Source: Vicugna vicugna (taxonomy: Eukaryota). Taken from it: a DNA stretch of 64,000 nucleotides. The notes beneath the pieces were generated by a model that ran no database searches, had not been told where the DNA came from, and worked only from the letters and a program-made list of their open reading frames with translations. Made by a program: the position numbers and the translations under genes. The stretch is from NCBI GenBank assembly GCA_013265495.1, contig MU057560.1:186001-250000 (forward strand), given 5' to 3'. Numbering within the stretch: position 1 is the first letter of the stretch; every line of letters starts with the position of its first letter. Below are positions 35,775-48,653 of this stretch, piece after piece.

Positions 35775-36749
35775 AGGAGCACATTTGGTGTGATGTGTGT
35801 GAGAAATGTTACAGAATTGACTGCAAAATGAACAGTGTGTGTGAAAGTGCAAAGTGTGTGGTAAACAGGTATGGGAAGGTGCATATTGGAGTTGAATTTT
35901 GGTGAGCAACACAGTGTCTAGAAATGTGACCACATAGACTTAAAATTAAAGAAAATTCCATTTTTGAGACAATGACAGTACCATGGAGTGAAACACAGTG
36001 TGGTCCTCATGGTCCAACCCTGGATCTTAATAATTGTAACCTTGTAAGTATCCAGTATGTGAACTTAGTGCAATCCACAGAAAATGATTCATCCTCTATC
36101 TGCTGGATAATAAAAGATGGAATTGACTTTGAAGTGGCGAATCTTGTTATAAATTGAATGCTTCTGATCAAGTCACTTTTGGTCATTTACAATTCACTTG
36201 GAATGTATTCTACTGCAAGTTCCTGTAAGATGCTGAGACCTGGGTGATCGCCATAACCTCAAGAAAAAATGACACACTGCAGAAAGTTGGAGATTTAGCA
36301 ATTTTCCTCACTGTTCCACAATCACGGACACATCATAGAGAGGAAGGCAGCAAATCCCAGACCGGTTCATTTCTCCTCTTGGCTCTTCTGTCAGGTTGGC
36401 ATTTTGGAAAACGTCAGTTTTCTAGGGAAGCCCCTCAAGAACTCATTCTGTTCCAAAGATGCTTCCCCAGGTGATAGTCATTCAATGCATTCCTGAAGCA
36501 AAATGTGACAGCAGGTACGAACAGAGAAGGGAAAAGCAAAGGCTGAAAGACCGGACTGTTTAGGAAAACCCTATCTGTTGAAAAGGACCATTAGAATCAG
36601 ATCTGCTCTTCCACTGCCCCACCAAACCCAATCATATTTGCAAATTTGTATTTCCCTTTTAAATCAGTGTCAGTAATAATAAATGCAAAGTGTACAAAAT
36701 TCCTGTGTAATTGGAAAATTACGTTGCATCTACAGGATACTTTATATCC

Positions 36750-37200
36750 TTTTCACTGGTTAACTTTTCTATAAAATAAGCCACCTAAAACTAAGGGGCT
36801 TAAAAGCACATCCTGTAATGTTATTATCAGTTCTGATTTGATGGGCTGGCTGGAGGGTGGCTGAACTAAAAGGGACATAGCAGGTAACTCTGCAGAGACA
36901 GTGCATCTCCAATTGTTTTTAATCATTCTTCTGAGATGCACAGAGTAGCCCAGGTGTGTTTATCTTCTCACAGCGATGGCAGAAGTGTGAGGGAGCAAGT
37001 GGAAACACACGAGGCTTCTTAAAGTCTCCGCCTGGAACTGACACACCGTCACTTCCTCCATATTCTCTTGATCAAAGCAAAGCCAAGCCCCAAGTAAAGG
37101 GCGGGGAAAGTATCCTGCTTCCACGGGAGGGAGGAGCTCCGAGTCTCACACCCAAGGGCACAGGTACAGGAAGGGGTGAGAAGTTAAATTAGTGTCAGTA
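36750..37200 (-). mobile_element. MLT1G/H-type MaLR LTR
   Basis: ccacctaaaactaaggggcttaaaa; gtcacttcctccatattctcttgatcaaagcaa; aagggcacaggtacaggaaggggtgaga. Confidence 0.75.
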
Positions 37201-37689
37201 ATGAGATCTGGAATAAACCAAAATGGTACATGGTCATCAAAAAAGAACACTAGCAATAAGCAGATCTTCTAACTGAAGAAATGTGTCCTCACACTTTGGG
37301 AAACCACATCACGCTAAGCTTAGAAAACCACAGAAACAGGCCTGTGTGGCAGTAGAAATAGTCTGAGAGTCTCTGACACAAATGCAGAGAGTTTTGAAGG
37401 AAAGGAAAACAAAAACCAACCAAACAAAAACAGCAGCGTCGCGGTACTTGTGACTGACGGCGCCAGGGAAAGCTCCCACATGTATTTTGTGGCATAGCCA
37501 GTGGGGCAATGGTCAGGTCTGAGGCCATCTGGAAGCAGGGCTGCTGGGAGAGGAAATTCACCATTAGTGACATCAGGGATCAAAAAACCTTGTGGTCTTC
37601 CCTGCACGTGAGGTTAGCATCGCAGGAAGAAGAGACAAGCTCACATGGAGCTCTCAGGCAGGCAGACGGCTTCAGGAGAGCTGGCTCTT

Positions 37690-37915
37690 TACATTTATTT
37701 AGCACCTGCAATATACCAGCTGGTTTCTATGTAATATCTGACGCCCCTAAAAAATGCTTTGAGGTGAGCATTTTTATTCCATCTTGGAAATAATGTAGCA
37801 GGAACCCACTGAAGGGCTAAGTAACTTAGATCCACGAACGTATGAGGCTGTAAGCAAAGGCAGATTCGTATCGATTTGATTCTAAATCTTACGGCTGGAT
37901 TCAGCGTCAGAGCCC
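37690..37915 (-). mobile_element. Degraded MIR
   Basis: acatttatttagcacctgc...ctttgaggtgagcatttttattcc...ctaagtaactt. Confidence 0.55.
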
Positions 37916-37939
37916 TAGGCACAGAACAGGAATAGGTAT

Positions 37940-38140
37940 TGCTCTGGTCTGAAGTTTGCACGTCCCCCAAATTCCTGTGTTGGCAACCTAATCCCCAGTG
38001 TGGTGGTGTTAGGAGGTGGGACCTTTGGGAAGTGATTATGTCATGAGGGTGGAGCCCTTATGAACAGGACCACTGCTCTTATAAAAGAGACCCTACAGAA
38101 CACCCTTACACCTTCACTGTGTGAGGACACAGAGAGGTGA
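37940..38140 (+). mobile_element. MLT1A LTR, 3'-truncated
   Basis: gtcccccaaattcctgtgttg...aggaggtgggacctttgggaagtgattatgtcatgagggtggagccc...cttataaaagagacc. Confidence 0.85.
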
Positions 38141-38289
38141 CCCAGGGGGACCCTTTTACATTCGCAATCATGTCTTCTGTTGCAATACTGAAATATACAT
38201 ATATCTGCAACACTGTTTTTTGCTCTTGTTTGCTAATTTCATTGTATTTTGCCCATAACACTTTGCTTTGTGATATATATTTTTTTTAA

Positions 38290-38555
38290 TTTATAAAGGC
38301 TCTCTCATGGTTTGAAATTTGATTATTTAAATAATTTAATTTCTCCTTGTATTTTTCTCACTGATGAATTTGTGAGAAGCATCTATTAAAATTCTTAAAT
38401 AAAAAATGCAGATGTAATTTATTTCTCTATCAATTTCTTTATAAAGTATAAGTCTGTATTGTTAGAGGCATGTAAGTTCTTGACAGCTATAATGTCTTTA
38501 TCTATTTACCAATACAAAACACTCCTCTTTGTCACTGACGTATTTTATGTTTTGC
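38290..38555 (-). mobile_element. Ancient L1 ORF2 endonuclease-region fragment
   Basis: T-rich; tgtgagaag...tattaaaattct...tctgtattgttagaggcatgtaagtt, typical of antisense old L1M. Confidence 0.55.
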
Positions 38556-38569
38556 TAAAACAAGGGTTA

Positions 38570-38875
38570 AATAAGACCCAGATTCTCATAGTGTGATGCC
38601 TAAATGGTACAAGTTCCGTTGGAAATCATGGGTCAAGATCTCAGACCAAACGAGAAAAAGACAATGAATGAATACATGTGGGAGAAAAGGTAGAAATAAT
38701 GTCAGGATTATCTGACCAAGATTTTAAAGCAGCCATTGTTGAAACACTTCAATCACCAAGCACAAACTTACTGCTCAAAAAAGGAATAAATACAATCTCA
38801 GTAAGAAATAGAAAGTCTCAGGAAAGAAAAATGAAGGTGTCAAGAAGAACCAGATGGAAGTCCAGAAAATTTTAA
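38570..38875 (+). mobile_element. Ancient L1M ORF1 5' fragment
   Basis: ORF 38678-38875 contains LSDQDFKAAIVETLQ, like the L1M ORF1 motif ELSDKDFKxAII; gaaatagaaagtctcag...aagaagaaccagatggaa. Confidence 0.7.
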
Positions 38876-39789
38876 TCGTTCACTTTTCAAGACAATTCAC
38901 TGAAATATTTTAAAATAAAAACCTGTATGTTTGGCAGTTTGCAATGAAGAGTCTGAGAAAGGGTAAAGGGCTTTTTACTACTATTTTAAGAATTTAAACC
39001 CCTCTTCTTTCATTTGCAGAGTTTCTCCCCCGTCTTGTTATAGCTTGCTAAGCATCTAAACATACATTAAAGTGGGTGCAGAGTTTTGGTTTCTAAAAGA
39101 TGGACATTAGCAAAGATGTCAGTACTCCATTCTCTAAACGAGCCTTCCAAATCCTTCTAAATTAACCTCGGAGAAGCTAAAAGGCGCAGAGAGGAGGAAG
39201 AGGCTTCCACCTGGATGCCTGTGGAGACATTACCCTCTGACTACAGAGTTTAGTAACAAGACCAGAGAAGGGACTGGGGACGGAGGGGTCTTTTATCCAC
39301 GGCTTACCTTTTGCCCCTGAAAGGAGAAGTCAGCAGCAATAATTCACATTGGAGCCTTCCTCTCCTGCTTTCTTTTTCTCTCTCTTTCTTTCCCCCTGTT
39401 TTTTTTTTCCCTAATTTTTCCTCTGGGATAATGCTGCAACCTCACTGATACATTCAGAATGTTTTCAACTTCAGCTGTCTAGTTTGGGCAGACAGAATTC
39501 TGCAATCCCCCCAGTTCCCTGCTCTAGAAAAGTTGAAAAACCACTTCTTTCAACTAATCTCCTGACTGCCTGGTAAAGCTTTATTATTTTCCTGGTTTCC
39601 TGGTCTGCGTCAGCTACCACTCTGCTAATAACGCAATGCCTTTTCCTCCAGAATTCTTCTCATTAAATGAGCTCCGTGTTTTGCCCTGTAATATCCCTGT
39701 AAGACTGAAGAGGCAGGTAGCTAACCTGTCCATTTATATTCAATCAAAACTCCCATAAATCTTGCTTTCCATGTTCAAATGACGCTTTG

Positions 39790-39950
39790 TTGACTGCTCA
39801 AGGTATTTCTGGGAGCATTTGTGCTAGGCATTGAAAGTACAAAGTAAGCCAGATGGACCAGAGTTTTGCCCAAGTGGACTTACAGCCCAGCTGGGGAGAC
39901 GGACGGGCAGCAGTTCACGCAAACTGCACGGCGGGGTCTGAGGGAGACTG
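39790..39950 (-). mobile_element. L2 fragment
   Basis: gtatttctgggagcatttgtgctaggcattg...tgcccaagtggacttacagcccagctggggagac. Confidence 0.6.
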
Positions 39951-40104
39951 CCCTGGAGGGAGAAGGAAGAGTGTGGGATTTTGTACACACCCCGCCCTCC
40001 TGGTGCTTTTATCTCTATCCACTTGTTTATCCTTAAATATTATCAGATGCTTCCTTTTCCCCTTGCACCTTGTCTTCCTTTTCTTTCCAAACCATGTTAA
40101 TATT

Positions 40105-40270
40105 TTTAGGCTCAGAATTTACAATTGAAAGGAACTGGAGGAATCATAAGGTCAGATTTTTCCCATTTGAGGGTGACGGAGGGACCAAAGAGTGAAGCGA
40201 CTTGCTTGAAGTCCCCCAGCTCAGCAAGGGCAGCCTGCTCCGAGTTCCTCCAGTCCCGTGACTCCTGCCA
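40105..40270 (-). mobile_element. MIR3/MIR fragment
   Basis: cagaatttacaattgaaaggaactggaggaatcata...cccatttgagggtgacggaggga...gtgaagcgacttgcttgaagtc. Confidence 0.6.
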
Positions 40271-40479
40271 CTGTCCTCGGAGCACTGCTGATGTGTGATC
40301 CGGCTTAACTGTTTATTTACTTGAGTCCTGTCAGTACTGCCCAGTATTGTTCGTTGTCCATCGTGTGTGCATCCCTCGGTTGTATCAGAAGTGTCTTGAA
40401 CCCAAGGCCACCCATTTTTCCTTCTCCGCAATGTCCCAGTCCACAGGAGCACCTCTTACCCTCTTCTGGGCCCTTTCCA

Positions 40480-40675
40480 GCTCTCATAAAGATTTGGGTC
40501 TGCTTCCAAGCTTAGTTCTTACTTGGACAAATTAATTACCCTTTCAAGTCCCAGTTTCCTCCTCTGTACAAGAGAGATAATGAGAGAACTTGTTTATTTA
40601 TTTGCAAATGAGATCATATGTGTAAAGTTCAAGGTTCAGTGGTTGACATTCTATGAGTGGTCAATGAGTGGCAGT
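40480..40675 (+). mobile_element. MIR SINE
   Basis: acttggacaaattaattacc...cccagtttcctcctctgtacaa...aaatgagatcatatgtgtaaag. Confidence 0.75.
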
Positions 40676-40719
40676 GGATTCTGGGGCTGACTTTTAATTA
40701 CTTCCTTTATTCATTCAAC

Positions 40720-41015
40720 TCCTTTTGAAAGGAATGCCCTCCAGTCTCGCATGGCGTCTTATGATTAAAACCTGATTTAAGCTTCTACCCAATCCTCCTG
40801 GTTGCAATTAATGATAACTTTCTTACCACTCACACCCCATTTTTCTTGAACTTGTATTAATTCATAGAGTTTATTCTGCTTTATCTAGATCATCCTCCTA
40901 GGCTGAATTGTAAGGCATTCGAGGTCAGAATGTGTATATTATGCATCTCAGTGTCACCTTGGCATCTACCTAATATAAGTACAAAACACACAGGATAAGT
41001 GCTGAGTAAATGCTT
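40720..41015 (+). mobile_element. L2 3' fragment
   Basis: ctaggctgaattgtaaggcattcgaggtcagaatgtgt...catctcagtgtcacc...taagtgctgagtaaatgct. Confidence 0.65.
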
Positions 41016-41034
41016 CCGTCATAACAACACATGG

Positions 41035-41135
41035 TGATTCGTTCATTTCGTCAGCCATGAGACACGCATTGAACACTTACATTGTTCCGCTTTCTGTATG
41101 GCTGCTTAGCACAGAATTACGAACATAAAAGGATC
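41035..41135 (-). mobile_element. L2 3' end fragment
   Basis: attcgttcatttcg...cattgaacacttac. Confidence 0.45.
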
Positions 41136-43544
41136 CTGATTAATTTTTTTAAATAAATCAATGGTGGAATTAATAAGAAAGCCCAGCTGAGTAGCCTCAA
41201 TTTGGCAGCTAAATATTACGCTCAGATCTTGGTCTGAAAAGTCATGGTGGTTCAAGACCCTGAAGGCACCTGGATTTGACTTCCCGCCTCCGCAGTCGGC
41301 AGGGCTGCCATGACCAAAGGGCAGGAAAGGGTCTCCACACCTCTCTGGAGTGAGATGTGAAATGCCCGTGGAAGATGAAGGCCTTTCACAGGTCGTTTAA
41401 GTCCTTGCGAAGATCGGGGGAGGGAAGCTGGTCACTGCCCTCGCGATGACGCATGATGATATAGCTCCGCCTAACCGCTGCAGAGAAGCCCATGGTCCGT
41501 GCAAGTCTATTTGGAACTTTTTATGAACGTTAAATCGGCCACCCTCTATAAATACTAAATCCTCCTGGCTGGAGAAGAGCCATAAATCTCCAAAACAAAG
41601 CAGGGAAATAGAAGAGAAAGAGAAAGAACCCTTCTTTTAATGTCTTAAAACACCTTCTTGTATTTCACCTCTGCGGTCTGTTTCTGTTTTTGAGTTCATC
41701 TTTGGTTATAGACCCACGAGGTATTGGTTTCATAGCTTTTGCTAAGGCTCTGCGTCCACCGCTGCAGTGGGGCCAGACATCAGCGTGGTCTGAGCAGAGA
41801 ACCAGTCTGGTGAGCTTGTCACCAGCTGAGACTCAAGAATCAACAGGAAGGGAGCAGCCCCATCAGAAGCAAATAGCTTTTAACTGTCTGAAGGCGTCCG
41901 CGCAGAAAAGACTCTTTGTACATCTGTAAAAAGTGCTTTTTTCTCTGTTTATCTTGCTTCCATTTTTTGTTACAAGACTTTCTCACAGCTTTTTCGGACG
42001 GGCATATGTGTCTATTTAAAATGTGCGAACGCTTACTTAAACACCCCAGTGTGCTGCATTGTGATATGCATTCAAGCTCCATTAAGACAGTGACAACAAA
42101 AAACTAACTACTAAAAAAAGTCCCCAGTTCAGAATTAGCTCAAGTCCTGCTGAACTCGCATCCTCTTTCGGCAGCAAACAAGAAACATACCAGGAACACA
42201 CGAACGCTGGCGGGATCTCCCCCGTCCCGGGATGTGCCTTCCTTCCGTTTGTCCCACTGACACACAGGAGCTGAAAATGAAGGACACGTTGCAGGCAGAC
42301 AGTTGACAACAGTGCCCGTGATGAGGCTTCATCTCAGAAAGCCTTTCTGGATTCGTCTAGGCCACATTCTTCAACTTGAGTGTACACACTGGGCTTCCTC
42401 AGAGAGCAGTGATGGACACACGGTCAGGACGACCTTGGCCTTCTTTTGTCTTGGAATCCTGGCCGCTCATCTAAGACTTCGTTCCCAGTGGCGGAGCTGA
42501 GGACTGGGCAGCATTGGGGGACAGAATGGCGAGCCTGAGAGGAGGCCCCTTTGTCATTCCTTGTTAGGAAGGGGCAGGGAAGAGATGAACCTCCTTCCGC
42601 GCAGAGCGCAGAGGGTAACAGTGGCTTACGTCAGAGGGTTATGAGGACTACCTAGGAAAGGGTTGCAAATTCAAGAAGAAATGTTTATTAATTAAATGAT
42701 AACAAGTGTTACTTAGAAACTGGCAATCTTTTCTTGGTTGGCAGGACAATAGGGTCTTTTTTTTTTCTTCTCTTGGTTTTGCAAGTTTCATTGCCAGCAA
42801 GGAAATATGCGACTCTTCCTTTTGTCACTTTATTTCTCTAGTCCCGTGAAATGTGGCTCTCAATGGCAAAGGCCAACTGGATAGACAAACTTATATCGTA
42901 TGAAAGGGGGCCGTTCAATGCTGAGGACAGCACGCAGAGCTCCATGGAGACCCAGAGGCCGCCGGAGGGTGGAGGCCCTGCCTTCATGATGCCTGGTGAT
43001 GGCGTCGTGGCAAGGAGCCATCTGCTCAAAGGCGTTCATGGCCAAAGTCCCAACACTCCCTTATTTGGGGGGTGGAAAGTGGGAAATCCCAGCACACAAA
43101 GTTTTGCTGTGATAGAGCAGATCTGACCCTATTTGTCAGATGCTAAGGTGCTGGTGTAATTGACAGTATTGAAACAGTGTGAGAACTTCATTTACAAAGG
43201 AAATGCAGACCTTCCATCCCCTAAGGTTCAGAGAGTGCCTCATAGCCAGGGTCCAGGCTCTCCAACAGAGCAGGAGTCAATGCCCTACATGGGCATTGGG
43301 GTAGGCACTCAAGCATCTCAAGTACTCTTCAGGGCCACCATTTTGCTCTTTGCAACATTAAATTTCTTGTTTTCTTGGCTTCACTATCTCACTGGCAGAA
43401 CCACTCTTGACCAGCTACTCTGTACCAAGGGCCTCCTAGGAGTCGGGCACTGCACAAGCTCCAGCCAAATTTTGCAGGGTGGTCTAGTCTTCCCATTACC
43501 CCAACCACTTTCTTCATTCATATCACACCCTCCTGTCACCCCTC

Positions 43545-44352
43545 TGTTGTCTCTATATCTCGCTTACCAAATTGAGACTCAAGGACGGAGCTTTGGGTGA
43601 AGGAGAAACAGCAGCTTTATTTCTTTGCCAGGCAAAGGAGGTCACAGTGAGCTAACACTTCTAAGACTGTGAGTCTGCTGGGGACAGAAGGCAAGGGGTT
43701 TTATGGTAAAAGTTCAAGGGCAGAGCTAGTTTCTATAGAGATCACATACCAGGTAACAAGTTGTTGCAAAGTTGTTCTTGCTTTTGTAGGTACAATGGTC
43801 CCCTTCCTTCTGCTGGGTATGAAGTTCACCTCAGGCTTTGGGACTCTTACTATTCTTGCACTTAGAATAAAGGATGCATGGGCAGGGCCTCCATGGAAAA
43901 GAGCTCTAGAGAAAAACTTGTGCAGTTTAAAGTCAGGTTGACAAATGCTTTTTAGCCTTTTAAGCAGGCTAAGGACTGCACCTCAAACAACAGGATACAA
44001 GGAAATCATGAGGGGTCTAAAAACAACTGCAGACATGTGCAGTTTGGGGTAAGTTATGAACAGCGAGATGCACAAAACACCCAATTGCTGTTTCTGAGGT
44101 GTTGGGGTCAAGAGGAGGGCACTGGGGCAGGAGCAAGGCATTGAGCATGATCCCTGCACACTGCACCAGCACCACAAGGGGGTTGGGTGGACCACCCAAG
44201 CCTCCATCCTCCCCAGCCCAATCCTGGTCAGCAAAAGCCTGAGTAAAACCCTTTAAACCATTTACAGTTTAAACCATTACAGTTAAGCAGTTGCAAACAC
44301 CATTAGAGCTATCAGATGGTCACTGATGACAATAGGGTCCTGCTTGGTTGCA
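43545..44352 (-). mobile_element. ERV1-type solo LTR (probably lineage-specific), ~0.8 kb
   Basis: TG...CA termini (tgttg... / ...ggtcctgcttggttgca); minus-strand AATAAA at 43616-43621; agctttatttctttgccaggcaaaggagg typical of cetartiodactyl ERV1 LTRs; 4-bp flanks cctc/cctt. Confidence 0.75.
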
Positions 44353-44944
44353 CCTTCTCTGTTCCTTCTTCCCCAGTTCTTCTCACTCCTCTTATGTCTG
44401 ATTGCTTTTTCTCCTGGCTTCTGACCACTGGCTCTCTATTTCCAAAGTTTGGCGGTTACTTTCTTGTTCAGTGCAAACACGGAGAATATAAACTTCTATG
44501 AGCTCCCTCAAGAGTGGTCCCAGCCATCAGAGCCCAGAAAGGAAAGTGGCACAACCAACTCACTGGCCACACGAGAACCTGAGGCTGGTGACGATTTATC
44601 TCACAGAACACTCACCTCCCTGATTTTTCAGAGGTCGACTTTGGGTACCAGAGATTTTCTCCCAGGGTTCCTTCATAGACAAGCTCGGAGTTTTCAGGGA
44701 CCATACTTTGCCTTTTTCAGTCTAGTTTCCTGAAACATTTAGCAATTTTCATAAATTTAGATATTAGCATGAGACCTGGAATTCCAGCAGACGTAGTTTC
44801 ATAGGACTACAGATATGATTCATTTGAGGCAGGACAGAGAGGGTGGGGAGGTGGGGGGCAGGGTGAGGAAGTTATAGAAAGGAAATTTCTATCATTACCG
44901 TGAAATAAAGCTGTATTCTTTATCATTCACTCGAAAGGCAGAAA

Positions 44945-45140
44945 TACACAGGGTTAAGGGCACAGGCTGGAGCGTTTCCCTGTGTTCACGTCTGACACAT
45001 CACTCTTCACTCCCTTAGCTCTCTGAGCCTGAGCAGCTTTCCCTTCATGTTCAGAGACTAGAATGTCCCCTGTGACACTGTAGCATGAGAGAGAGTCACA
45101 CGTACAAGGCATCTGGCCCATCACAGATGCTCAGTAAAGA
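44945..45140 (+). mobile_element. Degraded MIR
   Basis: gggttaagggcacaggctgg...ctctctgagcctgagc...tcacagatgctcagtaaa. Confidence 0.6.
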
Positions 45141-47039
45141 CTCGAAGACTCAACCTCCCCTTCTTCCTTCCCACTCTTGTAAGATTAAAACTACCTTTTT
45201 CAGAATATTTGGATGTTGGTATCTTTGGGTTTCTCATGATCTGCTCTGTTTATTTACCCTGAACTTTGGGTTTAAACTGGGTTGTTTTTTTTTTTTTGGA
45301 CAAGTCTTTTCTCCTCCAAACAAATACATTATGAAGAAAAAGAATGCTCAGTGGTTTTAGTGTGATTATTAATAAAAATAAAATAGTCACATGGGGATTA
45401 AGAGGGATTAACATGGGCCTAACACTTGATTACCCATTACGTTTCCACACCAACTATAAAGAGGATCTAGGGAAATCCTTCCTCTCCCTTGGAAAGTTTA
45501 TTAAAATGATAAACGAGGCTTGTGGCAGTTAAGCAGCAATCAAGTATCCTCTTGTGGGCAAACTCCGCCCCTGCTTGATAGAGACTTCTCTGAGCAGGGG
45601 CGCCAGCACTCACACCAGCAAGTCAGCATGGGATGTCAGGGTCACAGGGGCTCTGGGATTCCTGGACACCAAATATTCCAAACTCCCACTAGATTTATCA
45701 CCAACATTAGATATTCTGAAGCCTCCTTCTGCATGGATCGTTTTCCTGGGATGTATCTCAGGAGAAAGATTCAATACGTGAATTTCCCCAGTGGAGCTCA
45801 GCACTGACAAGGAATAATGAGGAGGCTGCATAATGGCCTCGTTTTCCATCTGTCCCGGGCACGGCTGACGATGCTCACATGGGGTTCACAGGGCCGGTTC
45901 AAACTGGGAAGCAGTGCTCTTGCCTCAACCTTCTTTCCTCCTATCAGAAGCAGGAAGTCTTTGTTCAGAGTTTAGTATCATAAGCACTGTCTCAAGGAAC
46001 ATGTATGCATTTTGGAGAATCCTGGGCCCCATTTTGGTATATTTCAAAAAAAAAACATACTTTCTCTTTCTACAGTCTTCTGTATCATACCGCCAAACTT
46101 CTAAGCACTCAGTCAGAGGTGGATGTCTGATCACTTTATACGCAGTAGCACGAGGTTGTTTTTGTAAGCCCTCCTTCCTGTTTCCAGTACATGCCCCTCT
46201 TGAAGAAAGCTGAGGATTTGTGCGTGCCTTTGCTGAATTTTATATCGCTCAATAGCATCCATTTTACCATCTAACAGAAGATGAAGACAACATTTACCTC
46301 TGGGTTTGATGAAAGGATTAAAATGTGACACAACGTGTAAAAGGCTAGCTAGCTTCCTGGCCCGGCACGGCTGACCGAGGCTTGCATCTCAGCTACAAAA
46401 TTGTAGCCGCAGAGGCCCCCTCGCTTTCTGGTCCACATAGTTGGATGAAAAAATAGCTGTCGAGTGGGTGGTCTGCACATCTCAGATGACAGAGCAATGT
46501 ATCTGTTAACATGTGAAAATGCTCCTTCATCCTAAGCGCTGTCATAGTGGTGGGAGGCGGGCAGGTCCAGGAGGTGACAAGGGGGACATATTTGTGGGAG
46601 CAGCTGGAAGACCCCTGGAAGATCCCCAGACTCAGAAATTGTGCTGTTGTTTCCAGTGTCCAAAGGTCTCACTAACTGACCCCAATCTACTTTTTATCTG
46701 CAGCCCACGAGGTGAATTTAAATAGTGACATTGTTATCTGAGTCATTTCTTCCGTTTGAAGTCTACTCCTGTACCCACCCCCCGTCCCACATCCCTGCTG
46801 TGTAAATACTGCCCAGGATCTGCTCAAATGTTTTCCCTCCGCGTAGCTTGTTTAAATGTGTGTTTGTGTTGCATTTACAGGGTACTTATCCTATAGCACC
46901 TAGCCATGTAATTTACCTGCACAAGCTCCTGTAGTGGATAACAAGGCCTGAAATCTGCACCATCTAAAGGCTTAATCATTAGAAAGGCATAATATGGGAG
47001 AAAAACAAAAAGAGAATTTTGCAAACGAAACACTGGTTC

Positions 47040-47250
47040 AAAGTTAGGCTCGTCTGTTTGGAAAGGCTAGGAGCCTCGTAACCCAGGGCTCAAATTCCAG
47101 CTCTCTCTGTGAAAAAGCACTATTATGTGATATCTCTTTCAGACCGCACTTCCTCAGATATAATAATGTAATAATACTTGTCTTGTGGGATGATGGCAGA
47201 GATTATATAAGGTCACGCACATAAAGCCCCTGGCAACCAGCAGACACAAG
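47040..47250 (+). mobile_element. MIR SINE
   Basis: acccagggctcaaattccagctct...cacttcctcagatataataatg...tcttgtgggatgatggcagagatta. Confidence 0.65.
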
Positions 47251-47835
47251 GTGGCTGTTCTCACTCCACTTACCAAGGCAGGGGCTGTGGATTCGTCCTT
47301 GTCAAACGTGCTCTGTCCCGGGAACTCACAGGCGAGCTCACCCTACAGGTGAGAAACCCACATCCCACAAAGGGTGATCCACGGAGCCAAAGTGAGCCGC
47401 TGCTGTGACTTGTCCATGACGAGATGTGACTCTAGGTCTGGACCCCACACCTGCCTCTGTGCCATGTGACTTCTCTGGGAGGTTTTTCACGTTAAGGGCA
47501 AAAGATGAGAAGGTTCCTGGAAACACCAAACAGCCACATCCTAAATCGCACACACGTTCACTTCGGCCAGTCACAAGCGCTCAGGCTGGCAGCACTTGTG
47601 CTCTGATGCCCAAGGTGAACTGAAGGCGTCTTGTGTGCTGACAGAGCCTAGACCCTGTCAGAATGCTGAACCCTGAAGGAACAGCGCAGTACCTGTGGGC
47701 AGAGGAAGATCCTTGAGTTCAAAACAAGGATACTGAGTTACAGTAATTTTCATTGTTTATATTCAATACATTAATTCTTTAATCCATTCATAGAATATTT
47801 ATGTAACAACAAATTTAAGAAGTAGAGTTAATTGT

Positions 47836-48220
47836 TGTTATAGATTGTTACTGTGTCCTTCCAAAATTCATATGTTGGGATCCTAAAACCCAGAACCTCG
47901 GAATATGCCTGTATTTGGAGAGAGAGCCCTTACGAGGTAATGGAGTTACAATGCGGTCGTGAGGGTGGGCCCTGATCCGACCTCGCTGGTGTCCTTATGA
48001 AAAGAGGAAATTTGGAGACAGATGCACAGGAGGAGGATGACATGAGAACTCAAAGAAGAAAATCATCTAAAGCAAAAGCAGAGAGGACTCAGAGGAAACC
48101 ACCCCGCTGACAACTTGAGCTTCGTCCTTCCAGCCTCCAGAACTGTGAGACCATCAATTCCCGTAGTTTAAGCTGCCCTGATCACATCTCTTTGTCCTGG
48201 CGGCCCCAGGAAACTGAAAT
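47836..48220 (+). mobile_element. MLT1B-type MaLR solo LTR
   Basis: tgtgtccttccaaaattcatatgttg...gtatttggagag...gagggtgggccctgatcc...ctggtgtccttatgaaaagaggaaatttggagaca...ccagcctccagaactgtgaga. Confidence 0.88.
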
Positions 48221-48653
48221 AATTGTGCACCAGAGGAGTGTGGTCCAGTCATAGGACATCATGTAAAGTTGCCTGATGAGTGATTTCCACTTTAAATCAC
48301 ATTATGCATTTTTTGTGATTGTATTTGTCACTAAAATTAACCCAAAAGACGAAACGTTAGACTGTTGACAATGTGAAGCCTGGTGCGGATACACCTGGCA
48401 CAATTCTGAACCACAAGTGATAATAACAAGCGCGTTGGCTTCAAGCAGCAGGTAACCCAAAGCCCCTGCAACCCCTGCCTGCACGTAGTCATCCTGCACC
48501 AAAGACCGGCGGACAAGCTCATGGTTTGCAGGTTGGACTCCAGTAGTTGCTCACTCCCACCTAAGCCTAATCCTTCAGTTCACCAGCTCACACACAAGTA
48601 GCGTCGTACAAACTAAGTTTTTTATTTAAGATCAGCTACGGGGACTTGGGTGA

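Noticed and set aside
40985..41085. Second tail-to-tail L2 pair as a miRNA-like hairpin
   Set aside because: Arms pair poorly and are separated by over 50 nt
42160..42185. ttcggcagca resembling the U6 snRNA 5' end (also at ~8390)
   Set aside because: Only ~10 nt match, with no extension
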